From positions 41,602,001 to 41,666,000 of the forward strand of contig OX597822.1 of the NCBI GenBank assembly GCA_951406725.2: 64,000 nt of DNA, in the 5' to 3' direction. Below the pieces are notes generated by a model that was not told where the DNA came from, made no database searches, and worked only from the letters and a program-made list of their open reading frames with translations. The stretch's first letter is position 1. Each line of letters starts with the position of its first letter. Of the stretch, positions 1-10,649 are shown in pieces. Position numbers and translations under genes: made by a program. The DNA is from Octopus vulgaris. Its lineage: Eukaryota.

Positions 1-92
1 TGTTTTTACGTATTTTCGTATTCTTACTCATGTTATCATTAATATTTTTACGTATTTTTGTATTCTTATTCGTTCCCGTCCTTGTTTTGTAT

Positions 93-238
93 ACATTCGA
101 GGCTTTCTTCCAAGGAATCTAATGAGCTTGGCTTAGATTTTCCTTTGGGGCTGGCCAGGTCGGAGCAATCTCAAGATTAATCAGCCAAAATTGCGAAGAT
201 GATCCGGTTCTTGACTGAATATTGAAGGCTTCGAATGT
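93..238 (+). ncRNA. Second copy of the ring-topology hammerhead with mutated core
   Basis: Same helices, perfect stem I UCAAGA/UCUUGA and K-turn GC-GAA-GA. Core has GAAA changed to AAAA (187) and CUGAAGA to CUGAAUA (220). Confidence 0.55.
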
Positions 239-827
239 CCCGTCCGTGTTTTTTGTATCATCTTCTAAGTGTTTTGCGTTCTTGTCCCAGTTTATATTTT
301 TTTACATATACATATATATATAGCGGCGCCCGTACCCTTTTTGGTCTTGTATGTAAGTACATATTTTCTTTAAACTTGGTACGACTCTATAACACTGTCT
401 CTCTCTCCCTCCTCTCCTACATTTCTCTGCCTTTCACACTTTGCACTCCACTTTGATCTGTCTCTTTCTCTCTCTCTCTCTCTTCTCCTCCTCCATTGTT
501 CCTTGTTCCCCTTTTTTCTCTCTTCCTCTGTCCCTCTTTTCCTCTCTCTTCTCCTCACACTTGACTAACTTTGGACTGCTGTCCTTTTCGTGATTAGCAG
601 CCGCCGAAGCTAGACACATCTTTTTTCTCTCTTCGCCTCAAGCCATTTTTCTAATGCGCCAGCTCAAGTTCACCCGTCCTGTCGAAAAGACGCCCGTCTG
701 TGACGTCCTGTTTTTGTTATTATTATTATCATTATTGTTTTTACGTATTTTCGTATTCTTATTCATGTTATCATTATTATTTTTACGTATTTTTGTATTC
801 TTATTCATTCCCGTCCTTGTTTTGTAT

Positions 828-973
828 ACATTCGAGGCTTTCTTCCAAGGAATCTAATGCGCTTGGCTTAGATTTTCCTTTGGGGCTGGCCAGGTCGGAG
901 CAATCTCAATATTAATCAGCCGAAATTGCGAGGATGATCCGGTTCTTGACTGAAGATTGAAGGCTTCGAATGT
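828..973 (+). ncRNA. Putative hammerhead ribozyme with non-canonical ring topology and kink-turn; intact core
   Basis: CUGAAGA 950-956, GAAA 922-925, AUC site 903-905. Stem I 906-911/944-949, stem II 884-889/916-921, stem III 900-904/925-929. K-turn 897-899/930-935, helix 890-896/936-942, outer 15-bp stem 828-842/959-973. Confidence 0.65.
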
Positions 974-1122
974 CCCGTCCGTGTTTTTTGTATCGTCTTC
1001 TAAATGCTTTGCGTTCTTGTATCAGTTTGTATTTTTTTACATATACATATATATAGCGACGCCCGTACCCTTTTTGGTCTTGTATGTAAGTAAATATTTT
1101 CTTATATATATATATATATATA

Positions 1123-1290
1123 CATCCGACAAGCTTCTTTCAGTTTCCATATGCCAAATCCACTCAAGGTTTTGGTCGGCACGAGGCTATAGTAGAAGAC
1201 ACATGTCCAAGTAAGTTGCCACACAGTGGGACTGAAACATAGAGCCACGTGGTTGGAAAGCAAGCTTCTTACCACAACAGCCAGGCTTGG
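1123..1290 (-). mobile_element. tRNA-derived SINE family A, 5' half
   Basis: Reverse complement of the head seen at 5626 and 53981. Confidence 0.8.
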
Positions 1291-1832
1291 GCCTAGCAGT
1301 TTTTATTTTCCTTTTTTTTATCTACACTTTAAACGATCTCAATAAATGAAGGTTAATTTGTAAACTTTCTCAAGACTAGTGCAGTAGAATAACGTATGCT
1401 ATAAAAGGTATCCATCGGGAGAGGGATTAACGCCGAATATCGTCTTGAAATCTTTATATCTTTGTTGCTTTAAAAGACAATTCAGTACAGTTTAAATTTT
1501 GTTACATTATCTAAATGAGTGAAATTTAATACCTCAAGATTGATGCCACAGAAAAAGAATTGAGCAACAAAAAGTAGTCAAATCAGAAAGTAAAGGCCAA
1601 ATCCATCTTTATGCTATCGTATGTCAATCATTTTAGAAAAATTAATTAATTTAATTCAGCTTTTCTGAACGATCTAAATGAGAGAAATCTGATCCTAAAA
1701 ACCGACTCAAAATTGGCAAAGTAGGATAAATCTTATGGAGCAAAAAGTGATTAAATTTTTGAATGTGACAAAAATTCTGAGGCGTATTAAGCAGTGTGTG
1801 CATGTGTATGTGTGTGTGTGCGCGTGTATGTA

Positions 1833-1893
<61 letters not shown>

Positions 1894-1919
1894 ATATATA
1901 AGGATATATATATATATGG

Positions 1920-1952
<33 letters not shown>

Positions 1953-2154
1953 CATTTATATATATATATATATATACATAAATATATATGTATATGAATG
2001 TATGTAACTGGTCGAGATTTTGAAGTCACTGTCAAAATCATTCATGTTTAAGAATAATTTTGTACTCAATAAAAGTGTAGAGTAACCCATCAGATTAATA
2101 TAAAATTGTTCTTATAACTGAACATAAAAACAAACATTAAAATACATACATACA

Positions 2155-2203
<49 letters not shown>

Positions 2204-2313
2204 ACATATATTTTTTATATACTTCACATCATATATTTTATGTATATTTTGTATATCAATGTTTTTTTATAAACCTTTTTTTTAAAACTTATATCAGTTT
2301 TATCCAGCTTAAG

Positions 2314-2908
2314 GATGGATCGTCTGCTGAAACACGTTGCAGATTGTGTACCTCCAGAAAATCAATCTGGCTTTCGTGTGGGACGTGGCATTGCTGATAT
2401 GATCTTTTCAGCTAGATAGCTTCAGGAGAAGTGTATGGAACAGGGTCTGGATTTATATCAGGTTTTTGTCGATCTGACAAAAGCCTTTGATACCTTTAAT
2501 AGAAATGCACTGTGGAAAGTCCTCCAGAAACTTGGGTGCCCTACAAAGTTCCTTGCTTTGGTTAGGTCTTTTCGTGAAGACATGAAGGGTAGTGTTAATG
2601 TTAGAGGGAAACTGTAAGAGCCTATCTCAATAGAAAATGTAGTGAAACAGGGGGATATTCTGGCACCGACCCTATTTGCCATATATTTTGCGATGTTTTT
2701 TTTGTATTGCATTCAGAAACTGCACATATGGTGTTTATATCCATTATCGAACCTCTGGCAATATATTTAATATCAGGCGCTTTGCTGCAAGAACAAAGGT
2801 GTTTACCTCTATCATAAGAGACCTTTTGTATGCAGAGGATTGTGATCTAGTAGCGCACACAGAGATTGATATGCAACACATTTTGAATGCATTCTCTGGT
2901 GCTTGCAC
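2314..2908 (+). pseudogene. RTE-clade LINE reverse transcriptase fragment
   Basis: PENQSGFR, FVDLTKAFD, LQKLGCP, VKQGDILAPTLF and DLLYAEDC (YADD site), with stops and frameshifts. Confidence 0.9.
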
Positions 2909-3075
2909 CAGCTGAAACTCAATGCTATCGTTAATAGCACGAAATTGCGTCAGACCTACTGGCCGATAACTGATGAGGAACTGGGGAAATTCTGTGTCTA
3001 TTTTCCGTTCGTTTCTGCATTTGCTATATACCTTGCCATTCCGTATCTGTTTTTCATTTGTGCATTTTCTATACA
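2899..3075 (+). mobile_element. Probable PLE terminal repeat, second family, carrying the same ring-topology hammerhead
   Basis: CAAU-G-C-UAUCG-UUAA-UAGCAC-GAAA-UUGCGU...CUGG-C-CGAUA-A-CUGAUGA (2920-2976). Related fragment at about 4367-4440 on the minus strand. Confidence 0.55.
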
Positions 3076-3092
3076 TTTACACACACACACAC

Positions 3093-3138
<46 letters not shown>

Positions 3139-3162
3139 GTACACATATATATAGAAGGACAA

Positions 3163-3362
3163 AGACCTTTTCGGTCTTGAATGACCATGGGTTCGCACCT
3201 AGGACGTTCTCGTCCGAGGCACAAGTCTGGGTGAGGTTGTTTCATTGAAGACCGACAGTCGCCCATGCCAGCCTCCCATACCAGCCTCCCCTCACTACAC
3301 CTCGGATGTTGTCCAAGGGAAAGGCAAAGGCCGATACAGCTTGGCACCAGTGATGTCGCAAT
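3163..3362 (-). mobile_element. SINE family E, 3' part
   Basis: Reverse complement similar to 50065-50257. Confidence 0.75.
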
Positions 3363-3369
3363 CTTTTGA

Positions 3370-3630
3370 CAGCAGCTATGCTGGGGCACAGCCTTGACAG
3401 GTTTAGTCGAACAACGCCTGGTACTTATTCTTGCCGAACAGCTAAGTTACGTGAACATAAGCAAACCAACACCGGTTGCCAAGCAATAATGGCTGAGAAT
3501 CACCTCTCAAGGCTTTAGTCGGTCCGAGGCTATAACAGAAGACATTTGCCCAGGGTACCTCGCATGTAGAACTGAATCCATGACGACATGGTTGAGAAGC
3601 AAGTTTCCTATCACACAGCCACGCCTGTAT
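3370..3630 (-). mobile_element. SINE family A, deleted copy
   Basis: Pieces of the head and 3' half of family A. Confidence 0.7.
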
Positions 3631-4366
3631 ATAGCTATATATGTGTGTGTGCATGCGTTCGTGCGTGTGTGTGCGTGCGTGTGTGTGCGTGCGTGTGTAT
3701 GTGTGTGTGTGTGTGACTACGTATAGCTGTTGCTGTATTAGTCTAAAAGGCATGTATTTTCAAGAAAATGTAAAGACAACTTTATGGCAAAGGTGACAGC
3801 GGGGAGGTGCTGGTTGGGTAGTGGGAGCCTCAGTGATGGTAAAGGTGGTAGTAGGAGGGGAGGCGGAGATACTTTACACAAGGGAGAAAACTAATAGTAC
3901 TCTTAGTTGATGGATTTGTGCGTGTCTATATATCTGTATTAATGTTTAAGTGTGAGAGAGTATGTGTCTAGTGCGTAACGTTTGTGCATGTAGATTTTGG
4001 CCTATATGTACCAACGCAAGTGTATGTATATGTTTGCGAGTGTACAGAGACAAATACATATAGAAGCGTATAAAAGTGCATATATGTGTATATGCGTATA
4101 CATTTACATACATACATACATGACATGACATGACGGCTTCCAATAAATACATGTCCAAAGAAGTGCACACGCATTTTTATATATTTATGTATGATGCATG
4201 TGATTATATATGCGTGTCCATATTTATATACATACATACACATATATATAAATACACACTCACACACATACATATACACACATTAATATATATAATATAT
4301 AATATACTTATATATATATACTTACATATAATATATAATATAATTATATATATACTGAGTGTACAA

Positions 4367-4440
4367 CCGGACGGGAGACAAACACAGAAGGTACCTAATT
4401 CTTCATCAGTATATCAACCGTTTGGTAATACTCAGTATTA
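4367..4440 (-). repeat. Fragment of the second PLE-type repeat family (stem I strand plus CUGAUGA)
   Basis: Minus strand GGTTGATATACTGATGAAGAATTAGG...TTCTGTGT resembles 2961-2998; flanked by TA repeats. Confidence 0.55.
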
Positions 4441-4469
4441 TATATATATATATATATATTCAAAATGTG

Positions 4470-4666
4470 ACCGCGTGTGTACCGTTGGGGATATATATTT
4501 TTTTCCTCCGTCTTCCCTTCTCTGGATCTTTCCTTTTCCTTGTTTCTGCTCGAAATGATCAAACCCTCCTTCTTCCCTTCCTTCCTGAGCGTCCAATAAT
4601 ACCTATATTTGTTCCATGTTCTCAACGTTGTTGTGTTTTCTCTTTGTGTTTTCATGTTTGGATTAA

Positions 4667-4670
<4 letters not shown>
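4470..4670 (+). repeat. Degenerate PLE pseudo-LTR with the hammerhead partly deleted
   Basis: TTTCTG-CTCGAAATG...TTCCTGAGCGTCCAATAATAC parallels 56143-56216; TA-flanked. Confidence 0.5.
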
Positions 4671-4700
<30 letters not shown>

Positions 4701-4879
4701 AGTACAGAGAGAGAGAAGAGAGAGATGAGTGTTTTTTACCTTGTTCCAACAATTAACACGGAAAAAATAAATAAATAGTTACCAGGTTAGCAAAAGTCTC
4801 ACTAAGTAAAGATGTTGTAACTCCTTGTTTATAAAGGTAGAAACTTCGTGTTTACGTGGAGATATTTTTGTATTATATA

Positions 4880-5097
4880 TATAATACAAAAATATCACAA
4901 GAACGCAAAACATCCAACCAGTTAGGTGATAGAAAAAATGGACAACAAAGATCCAGATAGACGATACAAAGAAAACAAGGAGGAGGTCATTCGGAGTTTT
5001 CTTTCCTCAGTCGACTTCCAAATTATCCTTGCAATTTCGGCTGGTTATACTCGAGATTGCACCAGTCTGGCTAGCCCCAAGGAAAAACTAAGCTAAG
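4880..5097 (-). mobile_element. Diverged copy of the 1-1103 pseudo-LTR with ring hammerhead (5' truncated)
   Basis: Minus strand CCTTGGGGCTAGCCAGACTGGTGCAATCTCGAGTATAACCAGCCGAAATTGCAAGGATAATTTGGAAGTCGACTGAGGA, and shares GTTTTGCGTTCTTGT. Confidence 0.75.
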
Positions 5098-5211
5098 AAA
5101 GGAATGAGGAGAGAAAACAGATGGAGAGCAGGAACAAAACTTGCATTTTGAATAAACGGTTGCACATGGTACATTGGTACATTGACTGAAAGGAATTAAG
5201 TGGTTGGAGAC

Positions 5212-5306
<95 letters not shown>

Positions 5307-5625
5307 CCTTGGTCAGAAATGGCTCAGGTCGTGACATAGCAACATTTGGAGAATGACCCAAATCTATCTTCTTTTATCTTTAATATTTTGTTTACAGCGG
5401 CTGGACATCTTATTTCTACAACGCTTCAAACTTTCTTTTCTCTCTCTCTCATATCTGGTCTGTTGTTCTCACATTTGAGAAGTTTTGAGCAGGAACATTC
5501 CACCAGTATTCATTCATATTAATGCTGAATATGCCGTAACTTATTTCCTTTTTACCTTAAGGTTAACTATTCATTGTATTTTGGCCACAACATAACTCCT
5601 CATAGACAAAAAAATTTCTTATTAT

Positions 5626-5787
5626 TAGGCACGGAGGGCTTGTGGTAAGTAGCTTGCTACAAGGATGGTTCCGGGTTCATCCACTGCGTGGCATCTTGGG
5701 CAAGTGTCTTCTGCTATAGCCTTGGGCCGATCAATGCCTTGTGAATGGATTTGGTAGACGGAAACTGAAAGAAGTCTGTCGTATATA

Positions 5788-5840
<53 letters not shown>

Positions 5841-6057
5841 TTGTGTGTCTGTGTTTGTCCCTCTAGCATTGCTTGACAACCGATGCTGGTGTGTTTACGT
5901 CCCCGTCACTTAGCGGTTCAGCAAAAGAGACCGATAGAATAAGTACTAGGCTTACAAAGAATAAATCCCGGGGTCGATTTGCTCGACTAAAGGCGGTGCT
6001 CCAGCATGGCCGCAGTCAAATGACTGAAACATGTAAAAGAGTAAAGAAAGTAAGAGT
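5626..6057 (+). mobile_element. SINE family A, full length with internal (TA)n(TG)n
   Basis: tRNA-like A/B boxes (TGTGGTAAG...GGTTCA), conserved body, GTAAAAGA tail; many copies in window. Confidence 0.9.
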
Positions 6058-6330
6058 ATATATGTATTGTAATTTTTTGTGACAACCAGTACTTAGCACA
6101 ACAAATCTCTTACAAAGCTTTCACATTTTACTTTTGACAATCTTATTTTTAATGAAATCCTAATAGTTTTAATGAACTTTTTCATATTTTCTCAAGATTT
6201 TTCCTTGTAAACTGTTTTTAACATGTTCTTATTATTATCAAAGAATGTATATATGTATTGCAATATTTTGTGACAACCAGTACTTAACACAACAAAGCTT
6301 TTACATGTTACTTTTGACAATCTTTTTCAA
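6058..6330 (+). repeat. Local direct duplication
   Basis: ATATGTATTG(T/C)AAT.TTTTGTGACAACCAGTACTTA...TTACTTTTGACAATCTT at about 6060 and about 6252. Confidence 0.8.
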
Positions 6331-6392
6331 AAAAAGTGAAACCGGTCAAGTGAATAAACATCTTTTAAAATTGCATTTTCAAACCTTCTTTC

Positions 6393-6491
<99 letters not shown>

Positions 6492-6496
6492 ATATT

Positions 6497-6528
<32 letters not shown>

Positions 6529-6529
6529 T

Positions 6530-6695
6530 GCGACGGGCTTCTTTCAGTTTCCATCTACCAAATCCCCTCACAAGGTTTTGGTCGGCCCGAGGCTATATTA
6601 GAAGACACTTGCCCAAGGTGCCACATAGTGGGACTGAACTCGGAACTATGTGTTTGGTAAGCAAGCTACTTACCACATAGCCACTCCTGCGCCTC
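6530..6695 (-). mobile_element. SINE family A, 5' half
   Basis: Reverse complement of the family A head. Confidence 0.85.
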
Positions 6696-6762
6696 TTTAT
6701 ATACATATATATAAATATGTAATATGTGTGTGTGTATATATGCATGTATGTATGGATGTATG

Positions 6763-6793
<31 letters not shown>

Positions 6794-7335
6794 GTAATGT
6801 ATCATAGTATGTAAATAAAATATCACACCCTAATTATGTATCCATTTGGGTGGTCATCAAAATATCTATCTGTCTCTGTATGTAAGATAGGAGTCTCTGT
6901 TATATTAGATAAGGACATATGGCAGAGACAAGAAGAGTGTGGATTGTAGAAGAGAGGAGCCAATAATTTCCACAACATCATTATTCACTGTCATATGACA
7001 ATAATCACCAATACAAAGAGCAAAGAACTACAAAGAACTACAAGAGCAAAACATAACACAAGCAAGTTTACACTCCTCGTCCATCACGGTCTCCATTATC
7101 TCCAAACCGGAAACACGACAACATGGTGATAAATATGTTACATACTAAGCCACACGCATTGAAAGCCTTGACACATGCGCACTCACACACACTCACAAAC
7201 GCGCGCGCGCGCACGCACACACCCACACACGCACACATACATGCACACACACGCACGCACTCACGCACACGGACATGAGCACACCCGCACAAAAACACAT
7301 ACAGGTGCTTATAATTCGGGCGTGTGTTACGTCGT

Positions 7336-7427
<92 letters not shown>

Positions 7428-8326
7428 CATATGCATCATCGAAGCTAAAACTCTACAAAAAGTTATCTGCGAGTTTCTTGCTTCCGATTTTTGGACGATA
7501 ATGAGCATAAGAAATTGTTTAAAACAGATGGAACTAAAGCTTTGAAGGGATTAGACAAGCTTTGTTAGGTTAATTATTCTGATTGGTTTACCAAATAACG
7601 GTTGTACAAAAATATAAAAATGGGAGAAATAAATAGATGGTGTTAGGGATTATATCATCTAGAGAAGATAAGAGGAGGGAAAAGCGGAAGACGAGCCATA
7701 AATAATGAAATGAAATCTTGAAAGAGAAAGAGTAAAAGAAAGCAGTCGAATAAGGGTAAGGATTTTTACAAAAATATAGCTTTTTAAAAATTATGTCCTG
7801 TTGAATGTGAAATACAAATCTGCAGTTTAGCAAGCGGTGAACAGAAAAAAGTTTATTAAAATCTGCTTCAGGGAATGGTCAGAATGTGGCGGGGAAGAAC
7901 TTTATCTCAAAGATCAGTCGTTACGAAGAAAACATTGAAAAAGTAAATATTTAAAAGCAAGCCTGCAGGAATGTAACAACGGTTTTTTTCGTTTTGAAGC
8001 TTATAGGTCTTAGCAATAGAATGAGAATATTACAATGTAGCTTTAAATAAGAGCCATACTTGTAGAATGCAATGTGCTTTCTACACTAAACTTACACATA
8101 ATAAATTACTTTAAATATTGCCTTAAATTTAGAAACCAAAGAATATCACTTATTTAGAAAGCTAAATGAAAAGTCAGGTACATAAATTTCTCTTCCAACC
8201 ATTTGCTTATCATTATACATCTTGATAATACAAAAATTCTAGAATGTTTCTCTGTACCCGAGATATCTCAGAAATAGTATGTTTTATCTTAATTTTTTTG
8301 CATATTTATTTTCATAATTATTTTCA

Positions 8327-8765
8327 CAGGCCAAGGAGTTACTGTGTCGTAAGTACTTTGCTTACCAATCACATGGTTCCGGGTTCAGTCCCACTGCGTG
8401 GCACCTTGGGCAAGCGTCTTCTACTATAGCCTCGGGCCGACCAAAGCCTTGTGAGTGGATTTGGTAGACGGAAACTGAAAGAAGCCCGTCGTATATATGT
8501 ATATATATATATATATATGTGTGTGTTTGTGTGTGTGTGTGGGTGTGTGTGTGTGTGTGTGTGTGTGTTTGTCCCCCAACATCGCTTGACAACCGATATT
8601 GGTGTGTTTATGTCCTCGCAACCTAGCGGTTTGGCAAAAGAGAATGATAGAATAAGTACTAAGCTTACATATAATAAGTCGTAGTGTCGATTTGCTCGAC
8701 TAAAACGCGGTGCTCCAGTATGGCCGCAGTCAAATGACTGAAATAAGTAAAAGAATAAAAGAATA
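8327..8765 (+). mobile_element. SINE family A, full length
   Basis: Aligns end to end with 5626-6057. Confidence 0.9.
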
Positions 8766-9185
8766 CTTACTTTCAGTAGTACAGTACAAATTTTTGTGAC
8801 ATTTAGATCTCTATTTATTAATGAAAACAAGTAAACACAATTTTAGTTTGTTATTTCTTGACGAAAAAAGTCATGGCTTCCGTGATGTCAACACACATAG
8901 ACACATACAGGATACACACACATATAATGAATGTCATGGCGTGTTAAACAACACAAACATACGTCCGCTATCTGTGACATATACACACATACATAGTCTT
9001 TGCGCTCTCTAAGAAAAAAAAGAACGTCGACTTTTTGATGTACACAATATTTTAATCATTTAGAAATATTTTTAACTGAATATGATTTCAAAAATGTAAG
9101 CTGTTTGTACAGTAAGTATTTATATTTTAGCTTTCTTTAAACAGACAAATTTTTTAAGGTTTTTTAAAAAATATTTTCAAGTCGC

Positions 9186-9610
9186 TAATTTCCGTAAAAA
9201 TTTTTTTATTTATTTACTTTTATTTTAAAGTAAAAGAGAGGAGAAAGTGAAAGATGTATGTATGTGTATATGAAATGGACGTGTGTGTGTGTGTGAAAGA
9301 GAGAGAGGAAGAGAGAGAGAGAAAGAAAAAGAGAAAGAAAGAGTGAGTGAAGGATATGTTGTCATGTATACGTACATACATCAACACGTGTACATCTTTT
9401 TTGTATGTACGTGTGCGTGTGTGTGTGAAAGAGAGAGAGAGAGAGTGAACGTGTGTGTTCTCGTGTATGTGTAAGTGACACACTCTCTCTCTCTCTCTCT
9501 CTCAACACACACACACGTCCATTTCATATATATGTTCATACATCTTTCACTTTCTCTTCTTTTTCACTTTAAAACAAAAGTAAATGAATAAAATTCTTTT
9601 ACGGAAATTA
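9186..9610. repeat. Inverted repeat with arms of about 110 bp
   Basis: 9186-9295 (TAATTTCCGTAAAA...GAAAGTGAAAGATGTATG...TATGAAATGGACGTGTG) is the reverse complement of about 9505-9610. Confidence 0.85.
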
Positions 9611-9976
9611 ACGAACAAAATTAGCTGATACGGATGACAGTTCTGAGAGCCAAAGCGAAAGATTGCCTCGAAGAGAATACCATTACAAAAGTTTTTTGGG
9701 AGTGCATTCAACGTATCTCAGCTACAAAGATTTGGCTGCTATTTCTAGCAAGCCCTGCTACCACGTAACAGGTTTTTGCGATAAAGGACCCGAAATACTT
9801 GTTACGTGGTAGCAGGGCATGCAAGAAATAGCAGCCAAATCTTCTCTTTTGCAGGAAAAGGAGCCGTTTACGCATGATCTCGATGTCACATTCGTTGAAA
9901 GCATGCGAAATAACCGTGAAAAGAAAAATAACCCATGAAACAAAACTCCGTTGCTGGGAAACTCAGACTTTTCAGG

Positions 9977-10003
9977 TGACCCAACGTGTCACGGGTAGTC
10001 TAG
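9977..10003 (+). mobile_element. Possible Helitron 3' end
   Basis: Hairpin-capable GTGACCCAACGTGTCACGGGT followed by AGTCTAG|T. Confidence 0.45.
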
Positions 10004-10649
10004 TGATTTAGCTAAAAGTGATGAGTGACGACAATCCAATGTTTTGTCTAATATATCTATTTTCAACAAAGTGGCCACTTACAATGAAGTATAAAAACGA
10101 GGTTTTTAAGGATAAGATTTATTTCGATGCGAACAATTTAAGAGCATAAAATTCATTTATTTACTGCTCTTTTGAGATTTAATATAGATAAATGATTTTT
10201 TAATTGGAATAATATTACATTAAGTTTCAATTGTCTTCATAATTTCGCTTGGAGAATAGCAAATAATAACTAAGAAATTTAAACAGCTATCTTAATCTAG
10301 CAATTTCTATTCATACAGTTGTTTTAACCCTATAAATTATCGATTAAATAATTCGGGTTTCGAAATCAGTAGATTACTGTACAAAGGTGCTTAAACGAAC
10401 GACTCATTTTCCAAAGCTTATAATATTTCGGGTAAATACTTGAGTGCTGAAGGTGCTGTTGTTCTCGGCCTCGGAATGCAGAAGTTGATGTTTCATCATA
10501 TGGGGAAGCAGCTCCGTAGATTTTTTCTGCCTCTTCCTTGGTGGTATTAGAGATATAGGCGAAAAAACTCCCGCAAAACAGCACGAGCTTTGTTGAATTA
10601 GACGGTGTGACTCTGGGCTAGGTGTTTCTCTCATCCTCAGTGCTTCACT

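Larger units (their letters stand above)
1..1103 (+). mobile_element. Penelope-like element end with tandem pseudo-LTRs (copies about 1-370 and 737-1103)
   Basis: Near-identical direct repeat at offset 735, ending in (TA)n. Each copy carries a hammerhead-type motif. A related inverted copy lies at about 4880-5097. The partial tandem layout is typical of PLE insertions. Confidence 0.65.

Noticed and set aside
365-392. FFKLGT as a PLE endonuclease C-terminus
   Set aside because: Too short, and the expected P.GLN does not follow.
1651-2041. Many [12 protein letters not shown], poly-I/M and RERE ORFs here and throughout
   Set aside because: Translations of (TA)n, (CA)n, (TAA)n and (GA)n microsatellites.
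7560-8000. Possible decayed L1 endonuclease (SDH motif, minus strand)
   Set aside because: One short motif is insufficient.
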